Part shown: piece by piece, positions 8,658-18,690 of the stretch | Numbering within the stretch: position 1 is the first letter of the stretch | Layout of the letters: every line of letters begins with the position of its first letter | Source of the DNA: a virus | Taxonomy: Duplodnaviria; Caudoviricetes | Virus record (IMG/VR): IMGVR_UViG_3300046789_000071 | Location: 1-29,872 of that record | Direction: 5' to 3' (one strand) | Length of the DNA: 29,872 nucleotides | The notes under the pieces: model-generated | What the model was told of the DNA's origin: nothing | Seen by the model: only the letters and a program-made list of their open reading frames with translations | Database searches by the model: none | Position numbers and translations under genes: made by a program

Positions 8658-10432
8658 CGCAACCCGCGGTCACTATTACCGAGCTCGATGGCGCGTTAGG
8701 CAATCTCGCGACCGGCGGATTGCTCGCGCTCGTCGGCGCAAGCTCGAAAGGACCACTCAACATACCGGCGACGTTTGCGCGCATCGCCGACGTGCAAGCC
8801 AACTTCGGCACCGGGCCGTTGGTCGAAGCCGCCGCCCGGGCGATCGACTTGTACGGGCAACCCGTGTGCGTCGTGCGCGCGGGCATGCTCGGCACACCGG
8901 GCGAGTATGGCCCGATCGACGTGTCGGGCGTCACGGGCACCTCGGTTGCGACGACCGACGAGGCAAGCCCGCCTCTCGGCTCGTACGAGGTCGAGTTGAC
9001 GGTCACCACGGGCGGCACCATTGGGTCGGCGGGCATCATGCTTACGTCGAGTCTCGACGGCGGCACGACGACGAGCCCGGCACAAGCACTTGGCACGGCG
9101 GCGTCGATCACGATCCCGAGCTCGGGCGTGAAGATCAACTTCGCCGCCGGTACGCTCGTCACGGGCGACGTGATCACGGTCTCGACGACCGCGCCGATTC
9201 CCGGCACGCCTGTGGGCGCATACAGCGATATCGATGTGACCGGCGTTACGGGCACGTCAGTTGCGACGCTCGATGAGACAGTCAAGCCGTTCGATTCCTA
9301 TCAGGTCGTGATCAAGGTCGTCGCGGGCGGCACGCTCGGAGTTGCCGGTATCCAGCTCACCGTGAGTCTCGACAACGGCAACACGACGAGCCAACCGCAA
9401 GCGGTCGGCGTCGATCTGTTCTTCACCATCACCGAAGCCAACATCAAGGTGTTGTTTGCCGCGGGCACGCTCGTTGCCGGCGACGTGATCACGTTTTCGA
9501 GCTTCGCACCGAATCCCGACTCGACCACGTACGGCACGGCGCTCACGGCGCTCGGCAACTCACAGGTTGCTTGGCGTGTGTGCGAGATCGTCGGCACGGT
9601 CGACGCCGCGACGGCGGGCGCGATCGACCAAAAGTTTGTGGGGCTCCAAGCCGCGCACAAGCCGCGCTACTTCATCGCCAACACGCGCTTGCCCGACTTC
9701 ATCGTGGGCGAGACCGCAGCCGAGTATCTCGAAGACTTGTCGACGGCATTCGCCGACTTCGCAACGAAGTTTGGATCGGTCGCCGCGGGCGCGGTGCAGT
9801 TGCCGAGCTCGGTCTCGGGCCGACAATACAAGGTGCCGGTCAACTACGCCGCCGGCCCGCTCATCGCGAGCGTCGACGAAGACGTTGACGTCGCTGACAT
9901 CAACATCGGCGTGTTGCCGGGAGCAAAGCTCACCGATACGAACGGCAACCCGATCTTGGGCTTGCACGACGAAAGCCTAAATCCCGGGCTCGATGACGCG
10001 CGGTTTCTGACACTGCGCACTTGGGTCGGCGTGCAAGGCGTGTACGTGAATCGCCCGCGCGTGATGTCGGCGACGGGCTCTGACTTCTATCTCGTGCCGC
10101 ACCGCTTGATCATGAATCTCGCCGAGGATGCGCTGTATCAGTATCTGATTCGGCGCTTGAACCAAGGCGTGCCGGTCAACAAGAAAACCGGTTTTATAGT
10201 CGAGTCGGCGCGACTCGAGATTGAAGCAGGCGGCACCGCGGCAATGGCTGCGGTGTTGCTCGCCAAGCCCAAAGCGAGCGATTGCAGCTTCGCCCTAAGC
10301 AAATTCGACAACGTCTTGTCGACGAAGACTTTGACCGGCGAAGCGCGCGTTTTGCCGTTTGGCTACGTCGAAGAGATCAAGGTCAACATCGGTTACGTCA
10401 ACCCGGCACTGCGCGTGCTCGTCGCCGCGTAA
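8654..10432 (+). CDS. Contractile tail sheath protein (DUF2586-like)
   Basis: 592 aa; MTQPAVTITELDGALG start, LDDARFLTLRTW..GVY, C-terminal VLPFGYVEEIKVNIG; precedes the tube gene. Confidence 0.87.
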   Translation: MTQPAVTITELDGALGNLATGGLLALVGASSKGPLNIPATFARIADVQANFGTGPLVEAAARAIDLYGQPVCVVRAGMLGTPGEYGPIDVSGVTGTSVATTDEASPPLGSYEVELTVTTGGTIGSAGIMLTSSLDGGTTTSPAQALGTAASITIPSSGVKINFAAGTLVTGDVITVSTTAPIPGTPVGAYSDIDVTGVTGTSVATLDETVKPFDSYQVVIKVVAGGTLGVAGIQLTVSLDNGNTTSQPQAVGVDLFFTITEANIKVLFAAGTLVAGDVITFSSFAPNPDSTTYGTALTALGNSQVAWRVCEIVGTVDAATAGAIDQKFVGLQAAHKPRYFIANTRLPDFIVGETAAEYLEDLSTAFADFATKFGSVAAGAVQLPSSVSGRQYKVPVNYAAGPLIASVDEDVDVADINIGVLPGAKLTDTNGNPILGLHDESLNPGLDDARFLTLRTWVGVQGVYVNRPRVMSATGSDFYLVPHRLIMNLAEDALYQYLIRRLNQGVPVNKKTGFIVESARLEIEAGGTAAMAAVLLAKPKASDCSFALSKFDNVLSTKTLTGEARVLPFGYVEEIKVNIGYVNPALRVLVAA

Positions 10433-10444
10433 GGAACATGCGTC

Positions 10445-10921
10445 ATGGCCGATCAAGTCACGATCAATGGGTCACAGATGAGTTGGGCATCGCTCACCGT
10501 GCGCGTGAGTGGCATGCTGCTCTCGGGCTACACGGCGTTGTCGTACGACGACAAACGCGAGCAAGCGTTGCTGTGGGGAGCTGGACACGCACAGATCCCG
10601 CGCGGCAAAACGTCGGGCCAATACACGCCCGGCGTTTGCAAGATCACGGGCTATGTGTCGACCGTACAAGAGATGCGAGCGTTGCTCGCGCAGCAATCGC
10701 CGTCGGGCACGAGCTACGGCGGGGTTGACTTTCAAGTCGTCGCGCAGTTCATCGAGCTCGGATCCGAGGAGGCGCAAACCGTCGTGCTCGGGCGATGCAC
10801 GTGGGTAAGCAACTCGGCGAGCTTCCAACTCGGCACCGATGGGCTTGCCGAGGATGTCGAGTTCCAACCGATGTGGATTCTCCGCAACGGCCTGTCGCTG
10901 TACGAACCTTTGGCACTGTGA
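10445..10921 (+). CDS. Tail tube protein
   Basis: 158 aa after the sheath; INGSQMSWAS...ALSYDD...PRGKTSGQY pattern. Confidence 0.8.
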   Translation: MADQVTINGSQMSWASLTVRVSGMLLSGYTALSYDDKREQALLWGAGHAQIPRGKTSGQYTPGVCKITGYVSTVQEMRALLAQQSPSGTSYGGVDFQVVAQFIELGSEEAQTVVLGRCTWVSNSASFQLGTDGLAEDVEFQPMWILRNGLSLYEPLAL

Positions 10922-10942
10922 CGTAACTGGGGGCACTGAGAC

Positions 10943-11389
10943 ATGTCAGATGAGGCAAAGCAAAAGCTCGCCGAGGTGCGAGCGAAGCGCGAGGCGATGG
11001 CCAAAGCGCGCGAGGAGCGAGCCGAGCAATCCGTCGACGAGCAACTCGAGACCGAGTCGCGGGCGCTCGCCGACGACGAAGCGATCGAGCGGCTCGAAAC
11101 CGAGCTCGGCGCCGTCGGCAAAAAGTTGACAGTTGTACGCACGCGACTCGGCGCGGTCGTCATGAAAAAGCCGACCAACGCCGCTTGGCGCAAGCACCTC
11201 GATGAGCAACTCAAGCTCGGGCACGCCGACACGACCGCGACTGAAAAGCTCGTGCGGCAGTGCCGCGTGTATCCCGACGTCGCGGCGTTCGAAACGATCC
11301 TCGATGAGTACCCGGGCTCAGCTCAAGCGTTTTACGGCGCCGTGGCGCTACTCGCGAAAGGAGGCGCCGACGAAGCCAGCTCAAAATAG
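10943..11389 (+). CDS. Tail assembly chaperone (gpG-like)
   Basis: Helical 148 aa between tube and tape measure; ends TCA AAA TAG. Confidence 0.75.
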   Translation: MSDEAKQKLAEVRAKREAMAKAREERAEQSVDEQLETESRALADDEAIERLETELGAVGKKLTVVRTRLGAVVMKKPTNAAWRKHLDEQLKLGHADTTATEKLVRQCRVYPDVAAFETILDEYPGSAQAFYGAVALLAKGGADEASSK

Positions 11390-11586
11390 CCGAGCGGTTC
11401 AAGGCGGCGCATCGCAACGCGGCGATTGCCGCGGAGTCGGTGTTGACGCTTTTCGGCGGCGATCGACGGCTCGAAGTCGACGGCGACGACGCGACCGAGA
11501 TCAGGCTGTACGTCGGCGCGTTGCTCGTCGTTGAGCTCGCCGCAAACATTCGAGCGATTGCACACGCACTGTCTAAGTCGAAGTGA
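11383..11586 (+). CDS. -1 frameshift extension of the tail chaperone (gpGT-like)
   Basis: The -1 frame is open across the 200-bp gap: KIAERFKAAHRNAAIAAESVLTLFGGDRRLEVDGDDATEIRLYVGALLVVELAANIRAIAHALSKSK*. No ATG; missing from the ORF track. Confidence 0.72.
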   Translation, partial: KIAERFKAAHRNAAIAAESVLTLFGGDRRLEVDGDDATEIRLYVGALLVVELAANIRAIAHALSKSK

Positions 11587-11598
11587 CAAGGCCCGACC

Positions 11599-13545
11599 AT
11601 GGCGAGCTCAAGCGGACAAAGCGCAGTATTCGATCTCGGGCTCGACTCGGGCGCGCTCACGGAGAGTGCCGACGAGTCGGCGAAAGCGCTCAAAGAGCTC
11701 GGCGACACGATCGCCGCGGGTACCAAAGAGCTCGCCAACATGCAAAAGGCCGTGCGCTTGCTCAAGTCGGGCGGCGCCGAGACCGCCGAGCAAACCAAGG
11801 CGTTGACGGCACAGATCAAGGCGCAGAAGTCGGCGCTCGCGCAGTCAACGGGCGCATACCTGAGTCAAGGCGGCGCACTCGCCGACATCGGCAAGAAAGT
11901 GCCGGTCGTCGTCGAAGAGGTCAAAAAGCTCACGGGCACGGTCGACATAGCGGCGCTCGCGACTGAAAAGCACGCGACCGCTTGGGAGCGCTTTGCGGGT
12001 GTCGTCGGCGGCAAGACGGCGCAGTCGCTACGCATGCTCGCCGCGGCGTTTGCCGCCGTCACAGTGGCAGCGCTTGCCGCGGTCGGCGCCTTGCTCAAGT
12101 ACGGGCTCGCGTCGGCCGACGCGCGGCGCAGCGAACTGTTGCGGCTCGAAGGTTTGACCAAGGTACGCAACTGGTGGGGCATCGCCGCCGGCAACGCCAA
12201 AGAGATGCAAGCGTCGCTCGACCGTGTAAGCGAGTCGACGGCGGGCGCGCGCGAGGAGACCGCGCGCTACCAGCAACAGCTTTACCAAGCCGGGCTACGC
12301 GGCAAAGCGCTTGACGACGCGCTCGAAGCCATGGCGATCACGGCGTCGACGCAAGGCGAGGCACAAGCGCAAGTCTTCGCCGGTTGGGCGGCGGCGATGG
12401 GTCGCACGGGCGGCTCGGTCACGAAGCTCGCCAACGACGTAAAGGCGCGGCTCGGCGGCATCGCTGCGCGGCAAATGCTCAGCCTCACCGTGCTTACGAA
12501 AAAGTTTGGCGAGGTAACGTCGAAGCTCTTCGACCAACTCGAGCTCGAGCCGCTCGGCAAAGCGGTGCAAGAGATCGTCAAACTGTTTTCGCAGTCGACG
12601 GCGTCGGGCCGTGCGCTCAAGACGTTGCTCACCTCGCTCCTGCAACCGCTCGTGCGAAGCATTACGGCGACGGCAAAGACCGGGCGCGCGTTTTTCCTCG
12701 GCATGATTTACGGAGCGCTCAAGCTAGAAAGCGCGATCTTGTCAGTGCTGCTGTGGTGGAAAAAGACTTTCGGCTTGCCGGCGGTCAAGCAAGTCGACGA
12801 CGCCGCCGACGCATTCGACCACGGTGCGACGGCGATCCAAGCGGCGGCGGCGGCGCTCGTCATCTTCGGCCCGCTCCTCGCCGGGCTCGCGCTACTCGGC
12901 ACGATCGCGTTGGTCGCCAAGCTCGCCGTCGCGTTTTGGGCGTTGGTCGCGCCCGTATGGGCGCTCGTCACGGGCTTCGCTTCATGGGTCGTCGTGCTCG
13001 CGCCGCTCGTGCTCTGGCTCGCGCTCATCGTCGCCGCCGTCGTGTTGCTCGGCGTCGTCATCTACGAACTGTGGGAGCTCTGGCAAGAGATCGACTGGGA
13101 CTTCTTAGGCGACGCGATCATGGACGGTTTGATCTCGTCCTATCACGACACGCTCAAATGGTTTTCGGACATGGGCGGCTCGATCGGCGAGGTGTTCAAG
13201 AACGCCCTTGGAATCGCGAGCCCGTCGAAGGTCTTTGCGTCGTACGGCGAGGCGATCGGCGACGGCTTGAAGCAAGGCATCGAGTCGACCAAGCCCGAGG
13301 TCAACGCGTCGGTCAATACGCTCGTCAAGCCGCCCAAGCTCGATGTGCCGGCGAGCTCGGGCGGCGGGCCGAAGCAAGCCGCAACCACGATTCAGATTGG
13401 CGACGTCAACATCGTGATCGAGCGACGCGAGGGCGAGGATCCGAGCGCGACCGGGCAACGCATGGGCGATGCGTTTGTCGAGCGGCTTACGACCTTGCTG
13501 CGCGGCGTCAACGACCAACTCGGCGGCGGCGAGGTCGCGACATGA
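11599..13545 (+). CDS. Tape measure protein
   Basis: 648 aa, Ala-rich helical, long hydrophobic block, LGIASPSKVF motif. Confidence 0.88.
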   Translation: MASSSGQSAVFDLGLDSGALTESADESAKALKELGDTIAAGTKELANMQKAVRLLKSGGAETAEQTKALTAQIKAQKSALAQSTGAYLSQGGALADIGKKVPVVVEEVKKLTGTVDIAALATEKHATAWERFAGVVGGKTAQSLRMLAAAFAAVTVAALAAVGALLKYGLASADARRSELLRLEGLTKVRNWWGIAAGNAKEMQASLDRVSESTAGAREETARYQQQLYQAGLRGKALDDALEAMAITASTQGEAQAQVFAGWAAAMGRTGGSVTKLANDVKARLGGIAARQMLSLTVLTKKFGEVTSKLFDQLELEPLGKAVQEIVKLFSQSTASGRALKTLLTSLLQPLVRSITATAKTGRAFFLGMIYGALKLESAILSVLLWWKKTFGLPAVKQVDDAADAFDHGATAIQAAAAALVIFGPLLAGLALLGTIALVAKLAVAFWALVAPVWALVTGFASWVVVLAPLVLWLALIVAAVVLLGVVIYELWELWQEIDWDFLGDAIMDGLISSYHDTLKWFSDMGGSIGEVFKNALGIASPSKVFASYGEAIGDGLKQGIESTKPEVNASVNTLVKPPKLDVPASSGGGPKQAATTIQIGDVNIVIERREGEDPSATGQRMGDAFVERLTTLLRGVNDQLGGGEVAT

Positions 13546-14069
13546 CGAGCCCATTCATCGAGCCCGAGATGCTCGACAAGATCTTCTTCGCCGGACGAAT
13601 GAGCCCGGGCTATTGCGAGATCAACGGGCTCGAAGAGGTGCGCAAGTTTGACGAGAAAGCCGGCATGGGCATGTCGGGCGCGATCGTCGTGTTCATGGGT
13701 CGCGGCATCTGTCACTTCACAGTCAAGTTTTTCTTGTCGACGCAACTCGAATGGGATGCGTGGCTCGAGTTCAAGCCGTTGCTCGAGCGCTTGCCGATCC
13801 GCGGCAACTCCAAAGGCATCGAGGTCAAGCACGCGCTGATCAACCACGTCGGCATTACAGCCGTGTACGTCGAAGAGCTATTCGCGCCCGTACAGGAATC
13901 GCCCGGGCTATGGGTCGCCGAGGTGCGGCTCGTCGAAGCGCGCGGGCCGAAGTTTCAGCTCGCGCAGTTGGACGGCGCCGAAGCTACGCCCAACGACCCA
14001 TTGCAAGCCCGAGTCGCCGCCGCCGAGCTCGTCGTCAAAGGACAACTAGACGAGCTGTCAAGACCATGA
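13542..14069 (+). CDS. Putative tail tube initiator / baseplate protein
   Basis: ATGA-coupled to the tape measure; 175 aa with a tube-like beta pattern. Called from synteny. Confidence 0.55.
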   Translation: MTSPFIEPEMLDKIFFAGRMSPGYCEINGLEEVRKFDEKAGMGMSGAIVVFMGRGICHFTVKFFLSTQLEWDAWLEFKPLLERLPIRGNSKGIEVKHALINHVGITAVYVEELFAPVQESPGLWVAEVRLVEARGPKFQLAQLDGAEATPNDPLQARVAAAELVVKGQLDELSRP

Positions 14070-15316
14070 CCGACGCACTCGTCACACTTGGCAACGCTCG
14101 CGTGCGGCGCATGTCGCTCACCGTGCCCAACGTCGGCGTGTGGTGCGCCGATATCGAGCTAAGCGAAGCGCCCGAGCTCGCCGACGGCGCCGCGGTCGAG
14201 CTCCACATCGGCGCGACGACATGGCGAGGCACTGTGGCGCCCGGCGAGAACGGCGCTTTTGCGTTGACGCGTAAGTGCATGGTGCGCGGCGGCGCGGGCG
14301 CTTGGAGCCGCACGTTGCCCGCAAAGCACTATCACAACGACTTCGGCGTGCGCGCGCAGCTCATCGCCGAGGATCTGTGCCGTGAGACCGGCGAGACGCT
14401 CGGCTCGTTTGTGCCGGCGAGCGAGCGGCTCGGCGTCGACTACGTGCGGCAAGCCGCGACCGACTTTACGGCGGCGGGTACGCTCTCCGACGTCATCGGC
14501 GGCGTGCCATGGTGGGTCGCGCAAGACGGCACGACGAGCGTTGGGCTTCGACCGGCGACACAGGTCAACAGCGATGCATACGAGCTACTTGCGTACGATC
14601 CTCGCTTGCGCATGGCTACGCTTGGCGTCGCCGATAGCAACATCGCACCAATCCAGATCGGCGCAACGCTGGTCGACGAGCGGCTCGATCGCGCCGCCGT
14701 GATCCGTGAGTACACGGTCGAGCTCGAAGAATCGAAGCTGCGCGTGCAAGCGTACTGCGGCGGCGACGACCGCGCGGCGGGCAACCTTGCACAGCTGATG
14801 ACCTCGATCGTGCGCCGGATCATGGACGAGCGTTTGACCGGTCGCTTTCGGTATCGCGTCGTCAACATGCGCACCGATGGTCGCGTCGACTTGCAAGCGG
14901 TCAACCGGGCGTCGGGTGTGCCCGATCTGCAGTTCATCGCCATGTGGCCCGGCGTCGCCGGTGCGCACGCCGAGCTCACGCCGGGCGCCGAGGTGCTGGT
15001 CGAGTTCATCGAGGGCGACCGCGCGAAGCCGATCTTGACCGGCTTCGGCGGCAAGCAAGCGCCCGGCTTCGTGCCGGTCGGCATTGTATTCGGCGGCTCG
15101 ACCTCGGCGGCGGCACGCGTTGGCGACGTGGTTGCAGTTGCGCCCGCAACACCGGTGCCGCCCGCGACACCGCAAACGATCACGCTTGCGGGCGCAGGAG
15201 CGGGCGCGGGCACTTACACGTTTAGCTTTTCGCCGGTCGCCGTGCCGGGCGAGGAGACGCCGCGCGGCGTGCTGCTCGGCACGATCGTCACGGGCTCACC
15301 GAAGGTCAAACTATGA
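14066..15316 (+). CDS. Baseplate hub-spike fusion (VgrG-like)
   Basis: Hub-like N-terminus; OB-fold-like YRVV..GRVDLQ..PGAEVLVEFIEGDRAKPIL; C-terminal AARVGD..GTIVTGSPKV. Confidence 0.7.
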   Translation: MTDALVTLGNARVRRMSLTVPNVGVWCADIELSEAPELADGAAVELHIGATTWRGTVAPGENGAFALTRKCMVRGGAGAWSRTLPAKHYHNDFGVRAQLIAEDLCRETGETLGSFVPASERLGVDYVRQAATDFTAAGTLSDVIGGVPWWVAQDGTTSVGLRPATQVNSDAYELLAYDPRLRMATLGVADSNIAPIQIGATLVDERLDRAAVIREYTVELEESKLRVQAYCGGDDRAAGNLAQLMTSIVRRIMDERLTGRFRYRVVNMRTDGRVDLQAVNRASGVPDLQFIAMWPGVAGAHAELTPGAEVLVEFIEGDRAKPILTGFGGKQAPGFVPVGIVFGGSTSAAARVGDVVAVAPATPVPPATPQTITLAGAGAGAGTYTFSFSPVAVPGEETPRGVLLGTIVTGSPKVKL

Positions 15317-15786
15317 ACGCGACCATGCAAACCGCGATCGACGGCTACATCGCGCGACTGTCGCGCAAGGTGAAAGCGCCGAAGCCGCCGCTCGCATGGG
15401 GCGTCGACTTGAGTTGCATTACGGACATCGACGACCGTGCGAGCGAGGTACGCGCAGACTCGCCGACTGCGATCGGCCAAGCGGTCGCACGTCGGCTCAT
15501 CACACCGCGCGGCATGGTCTCGGATGACCTCGCGTACGGCTTCGATCTCCGCGGGTTGTGCAACACCGGCGTGCCGGCGGGCAAGCTCGCGCAGTTGTCG
15601 AGCGACATCGCCGCCGAAGCGCGCAAAGACGAGCGTGTCTCGAGCGTCGATTGCTCGTGCACGTATTCCTACCAAACGCGCGCGTTGCGCGTGCAACTGT
15701 CGATCTTGCCGGTCGGCGCGTTGAGCGACTTCGACTTCGTATTCAGCGTGGTCGACGGCGCCGTGCTTGTGGAGCGTTTGCTATGA
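15313..15786 (+). CDS. Baseplate wedge, gp25/gpW-like
   Basis: RRLITPRG..DLAYGFDL..KDERVSSV motif. Confidence 0.75.
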   Translation: MNATMQTAIDGYIARLSRKVKAPKPPLAWGVDLSCITDIDDRASEVRADSPTAIGQAVARRLITPRGMVSDDLAYGFDLRGLCNTGVPAGKLAQLSSDIAAEARKDERVSSVDCSCTYSYQTRALRVQLSILPVGALSDFDFVFSVVDGAVLVERLL

Positions 15787-16979
15787 CAAGCATCTTCGAC
15801 TTCGACGCACTCATCGCACCGGCGACCGCCGAAGAGGTGCAAGCCAAGTATTACGAGATCCTCGGCACGGTCGGCATAACCACGACACAGTGGCAACCGG
15901 GCTCGGTCCTGCGCACGTATATCTCGGGCACGTCGATCCTGGTGTCATCGCTATCCGAGGTGATGGCGCTCATGGCGCGCTCGGGATACCTCGAGTTTAG
16001 CGAGGGCGATTGGCTCACGATCGTCGCGCACTACGTCTACGGCGTCGACCGCAACCTTGCGACCTTTGCAAGCGGGCACGTCACGCTCGTCAACGCGGGC
16101 GGCGCACTGTACTCGCTCGGGCCGGGCGATCTCATCGTGCGGGATCCGACCACTAACAAGACGTTTCGCAACGAGGCGGCGTTTACGCTCAACCCGCTCG
16201 CTACGTTGACCGACGTCGCGATCGTCGCCGACGAAGCGGGCGCCGACTCGACCGCCGCCGCCGAAGACATCAACCAGATCGTGACGACGTTGCTCAACGT
16301 CACAGTGTCGAATCCTAGCGCAGTCGTCGGCGACGACGCCGAGGAGGATCCCGAGCTACGCGACCGGTGCTATTCGAAGCTCGGCTCGCTTAGCCCGTTC
16401 GGACCGTGGGATGCGTATCGCTACGCGGCGATCAATGCGACGCGTAAGGACGGCTCAAACATCGGCGTCAAACGCACGCAAAATCATCGAGACGGGTACG
16501 GCAACCAAACAACGTATGTTGCGACCGACTCGGGCGAGGTGCCGGGCACCGTCGGCGATTTGGACACAGACCTCGGGCGAGTCGACGACGCGATACAACG
16601 CAAGGCGGCGCCGCTTTGCGTGACGGCGTACACAGTGTCGGCCGTCGACGTCTCGTTTGAGATTGAGTACGAAGTTTGGATGTACAACACGGCGTCCTAC
16701 ACGCCCGCGCAAGCCGCCGCGGTCATCCACACCGCGCTGCTCGCGATGTTTTCCGCGTTGCCGATTGGCGGTGCGGTCATCACGCCCGGCTCGACTCCGG
16801 GTTATGTGTACCGAGACGCCATCCTGTCGGCGATAGACGCGGCGATTCCTGAGATCTTCCACGTCGAACTGTACACGCCGGCTTCGGACGGCCCGCTTGC
16901 GGTCGGCGCGGTTGCAACGCTAGGGCCTGTGTCAGGCGTTGTGCATCCGGTGCCGCCCACGGAAGGTTTCGGAGGATAG
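15783..16979 (+). CDS. Baseplate J-like protein
   Basis: GDWL..YGVDR..ATFASG, GDDAEEDPELRDR, GPWDAYRY motifs. Confidence 0.88.
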   Translation: MTSIFDFDALIAPATAEEVQAKYYEILGTVGITTTQWQPGSVLRTYISGTSILVSSLSEVMALMARSGYLEFSEGDWLTIVAHYVYGVDRNLATFASGHVTLVNAGGALYSLGPGDLIVRDPTTNKTFRNEAAFTLNPLATLTDVAIVADEAGADSTAAAEDINQIVTTLLNVTVSNPSAVVGDDAEEDPELRDRCYSKLGSLSPFGPWDAYRYAAINATRKDGSNIGVKRTQNHRDGYGNQTTYVATDSGEVPGTVGDLDTDLGRVDDAIQRKAAPLCVTAYTVSAVDVSFEIEYEVWMYNTASYTPAQAAAVIHTALLAMFSALPIGGAVITPGSTPGYVYRDAILSAIDAAIPEIFHVELYTPASDGPLAVGAVATLGPVSGVVHPVPPTEGFGG

Positions 16980-16983
16980 CTCC

Positions 16984-17673
16984 ATGGCCGAAACCGTTGC
17001 CGTCACGCTCCTGACTTTCCGCGACATGATCCGCAAGATCTCGCCGCCGTGGCTTGCCGTCGGCAACAACGAAGCGGTCTTGTATGGCGCGCACACGTTG
17101 CTCGATGCGACGGGCGCTTCGACGCAAGCCGGCGTGCTGTCGCGCTTCCCGGGCTTGGTCGACTATCAGTCACTGCCGTTCATCGGCAAAGAGCGTCGGA
17201 TCCGTCGCGGCATCTACGAAGACGATGCGACGTACGCCAACCGCTTGCGCTCATGGTTGAGCGACCATCCGTACCGCGGCGGGCCGTATGCCATGCTGCA
17301 ACAGCTGTATCTGCACTATGCGCCGCACAGCTTTCCGATCGAGCTCATCTATCGCTCGGGCAAGCGGTACACGCTCAATCCGAGCAACGGCGAAGTGACG
17401 ACCGATATGGTCGTATGGAATCCCGACGTAACGCCGGAGCGTTGGGCGCAGTGGTGGCTCGTCTTTTACACCGACCTATTCACGTTTCCCTTGAACGAAG
17501 ACCAGCTCAACGACATCAAAGCGATTCCCATCGAATGGAACGCCGCGCACGCGGTTGGGCACTTAGTCGTCATGCAAACGGGCGCCGAGTTTTGGAACTC
17601 GCCCGCGCCCGAAACCTGGAACTCGCCGGGCACGTGGGATGCAACAGTCGGCCCGGTCTACATCGATCTGTGA
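16984..17673 (+). CDS. Baseplate wedge / tail protein I-like
   Basis: GGAGG RBS; LPFIGKERRI..EDDATYANRL motif; follows baseplate J. Confidence 0.7.
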   Translation: MAETVAVTLLTFRDMIRKISPPWLAVGNNEAVLYGAHTLLDATGASTQAGVLSRFPGLVDYQSLPFIGKERRIRRGIYEDDATYANRLRSWLSDHPYRGGPYAMLQQLYLHYAPHSFPIELIYRSGKRYTLNPSNGEVTTDMVVWNPDVTPERWAQWWLVFYTDLFTFPLNEDQLNDIKAIPIEWNAAHAVGHLVVMQTGAEFWNSPAPETWNSPGTWDATVGPVYIDL

Positions 17674-17682
17674 GGTGAGCGC

Positions 17683-18678
17683 ATGGCACATGCATTGACC
17701 GAGGTTTCTAGCTTTGACACGCCGCTCATCGTGCCCGACGGCACCGATCCGGGCACCGATCGGACCGAAGACGTTGAAGCGATCGCCCAAACGCTCGGCA
17801 ACCGCACGACGTACTTGATCGACACGACGGCGAAGGTCGGCGAGGAGAACACCTTTACCGAAGTCAACACGTTTACCGAGAGGATTTTGAGCGCGCTCAC
17901 AAGCGCGGTCATCGCGTCCTTTGACGTCGCACGCGTTGTGACTGGTGGGCCGATCTGGCAGCTCGCCTTGCGCGTGTCGCTCAACGCGAGCGGGAGCGTG
18001 CACGCGGGCATTTGGGCCGGTGCCGACGTCGCCGACAACCGCTTGATGATTGTGACCAACGCGCGTTGGAACGGCTCGGCATGGGAGCAAGAGACGTCGT
18101 CGCGCAGCTCGACCGCGATCGGCTTTACGTCGACGAGCTTGCAAGCGTTGACGATCTATCAAGTGCCCGCAGGCACGGCGCCATGGACGGCTTGGAATCT
18201 CGGCACGCTCATCGGCGGCATCGTGACGGCGACCGACTTTGTCTACAGCAAGAATCGCGCAGTGCCCGTGCCGCTCGGCGGCTCGTCGACCGAGTACGAC
18301 ATGATTGCGGGCGCCAACTATGGCTCGCTGTTGCCGATGAGCACGGCGAACAGCAAGCACATCGCGTTGCGGTTTCCCGCAAACATGAACGGATGCACGT
18401 TGCAGATTCAGCACTACAAAGCAGATACGGCGAGCTCGGCTTTTGAGGTGCTCGCGATGACAGTCAACTGGACTACGCCGGGCGCGTTGACGAGCACGAC
18501 CGTCGGCGGTGTACAGACGTCGACGACCGCGGGCGCGCAGATCACATCCATCACAATCCCGACGATCGTGCCCGGCACTGAATACAGGTTGCGTTGGGCG
18601 GCGGCAAACACCGGCGATCGACTGCTCGCCGTGCGCGCCAACTCGATGAGCGACGCCGGTCCGCTCAACACGCTTTAG
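17683..18678 (+). CDS. Putative tail fibre / baseplate-attached protein
   Basis: QTLGNRTTYL and NTFT repeats typical of fibre N-termini; Thr/Ser/Gly-rich. Confidence 0.65.
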   Translation: MAHALTEVSSFDTPLIVPDGTDPGTDRTEDVEAIAQTLGNRTTYLIDTTAKVGEENTFTEVNTFTERILSALTSAVIASFDVARVVTGGPIWQLALRVSLNASGSVHAGIWAGADVADNRLMIVTNARWNGSAWEQETSSRSSTAIGFTSTSLQALTIYQVPAGTAPWTAWNLGTLIGGIVTATDFVYSKNRAVPVPLGGSSTEYDMIAGANYGSLLPMSTANSKHIALRFPANMNGCTLQIQHYKADTASSAFEVLAMTVNWTTPGALTSTTVGGVQTSTTAGAQITSITIPTIVPGTEYRLRWAAANTGDRLLAVRANSMSDAGPLNTL

Positions 18679-18690
18679 GAGGCGAGCCAT

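Noticed and set aside
3847-16983. Long upstream extensions in the ORF track (starts 3847, 7087, 7656, 8348, 12384, 13751, 15558, 16939)
   Set aside because: They overlap upstream genes out of frame; ATGA-coupled or RBS-supported downstream starts fit better.
8654-17673. Tailocin, eCIS or T6SS locus
   Set aside because: Linked terminase, portal, protease and capsid genes show a complete phage virion.
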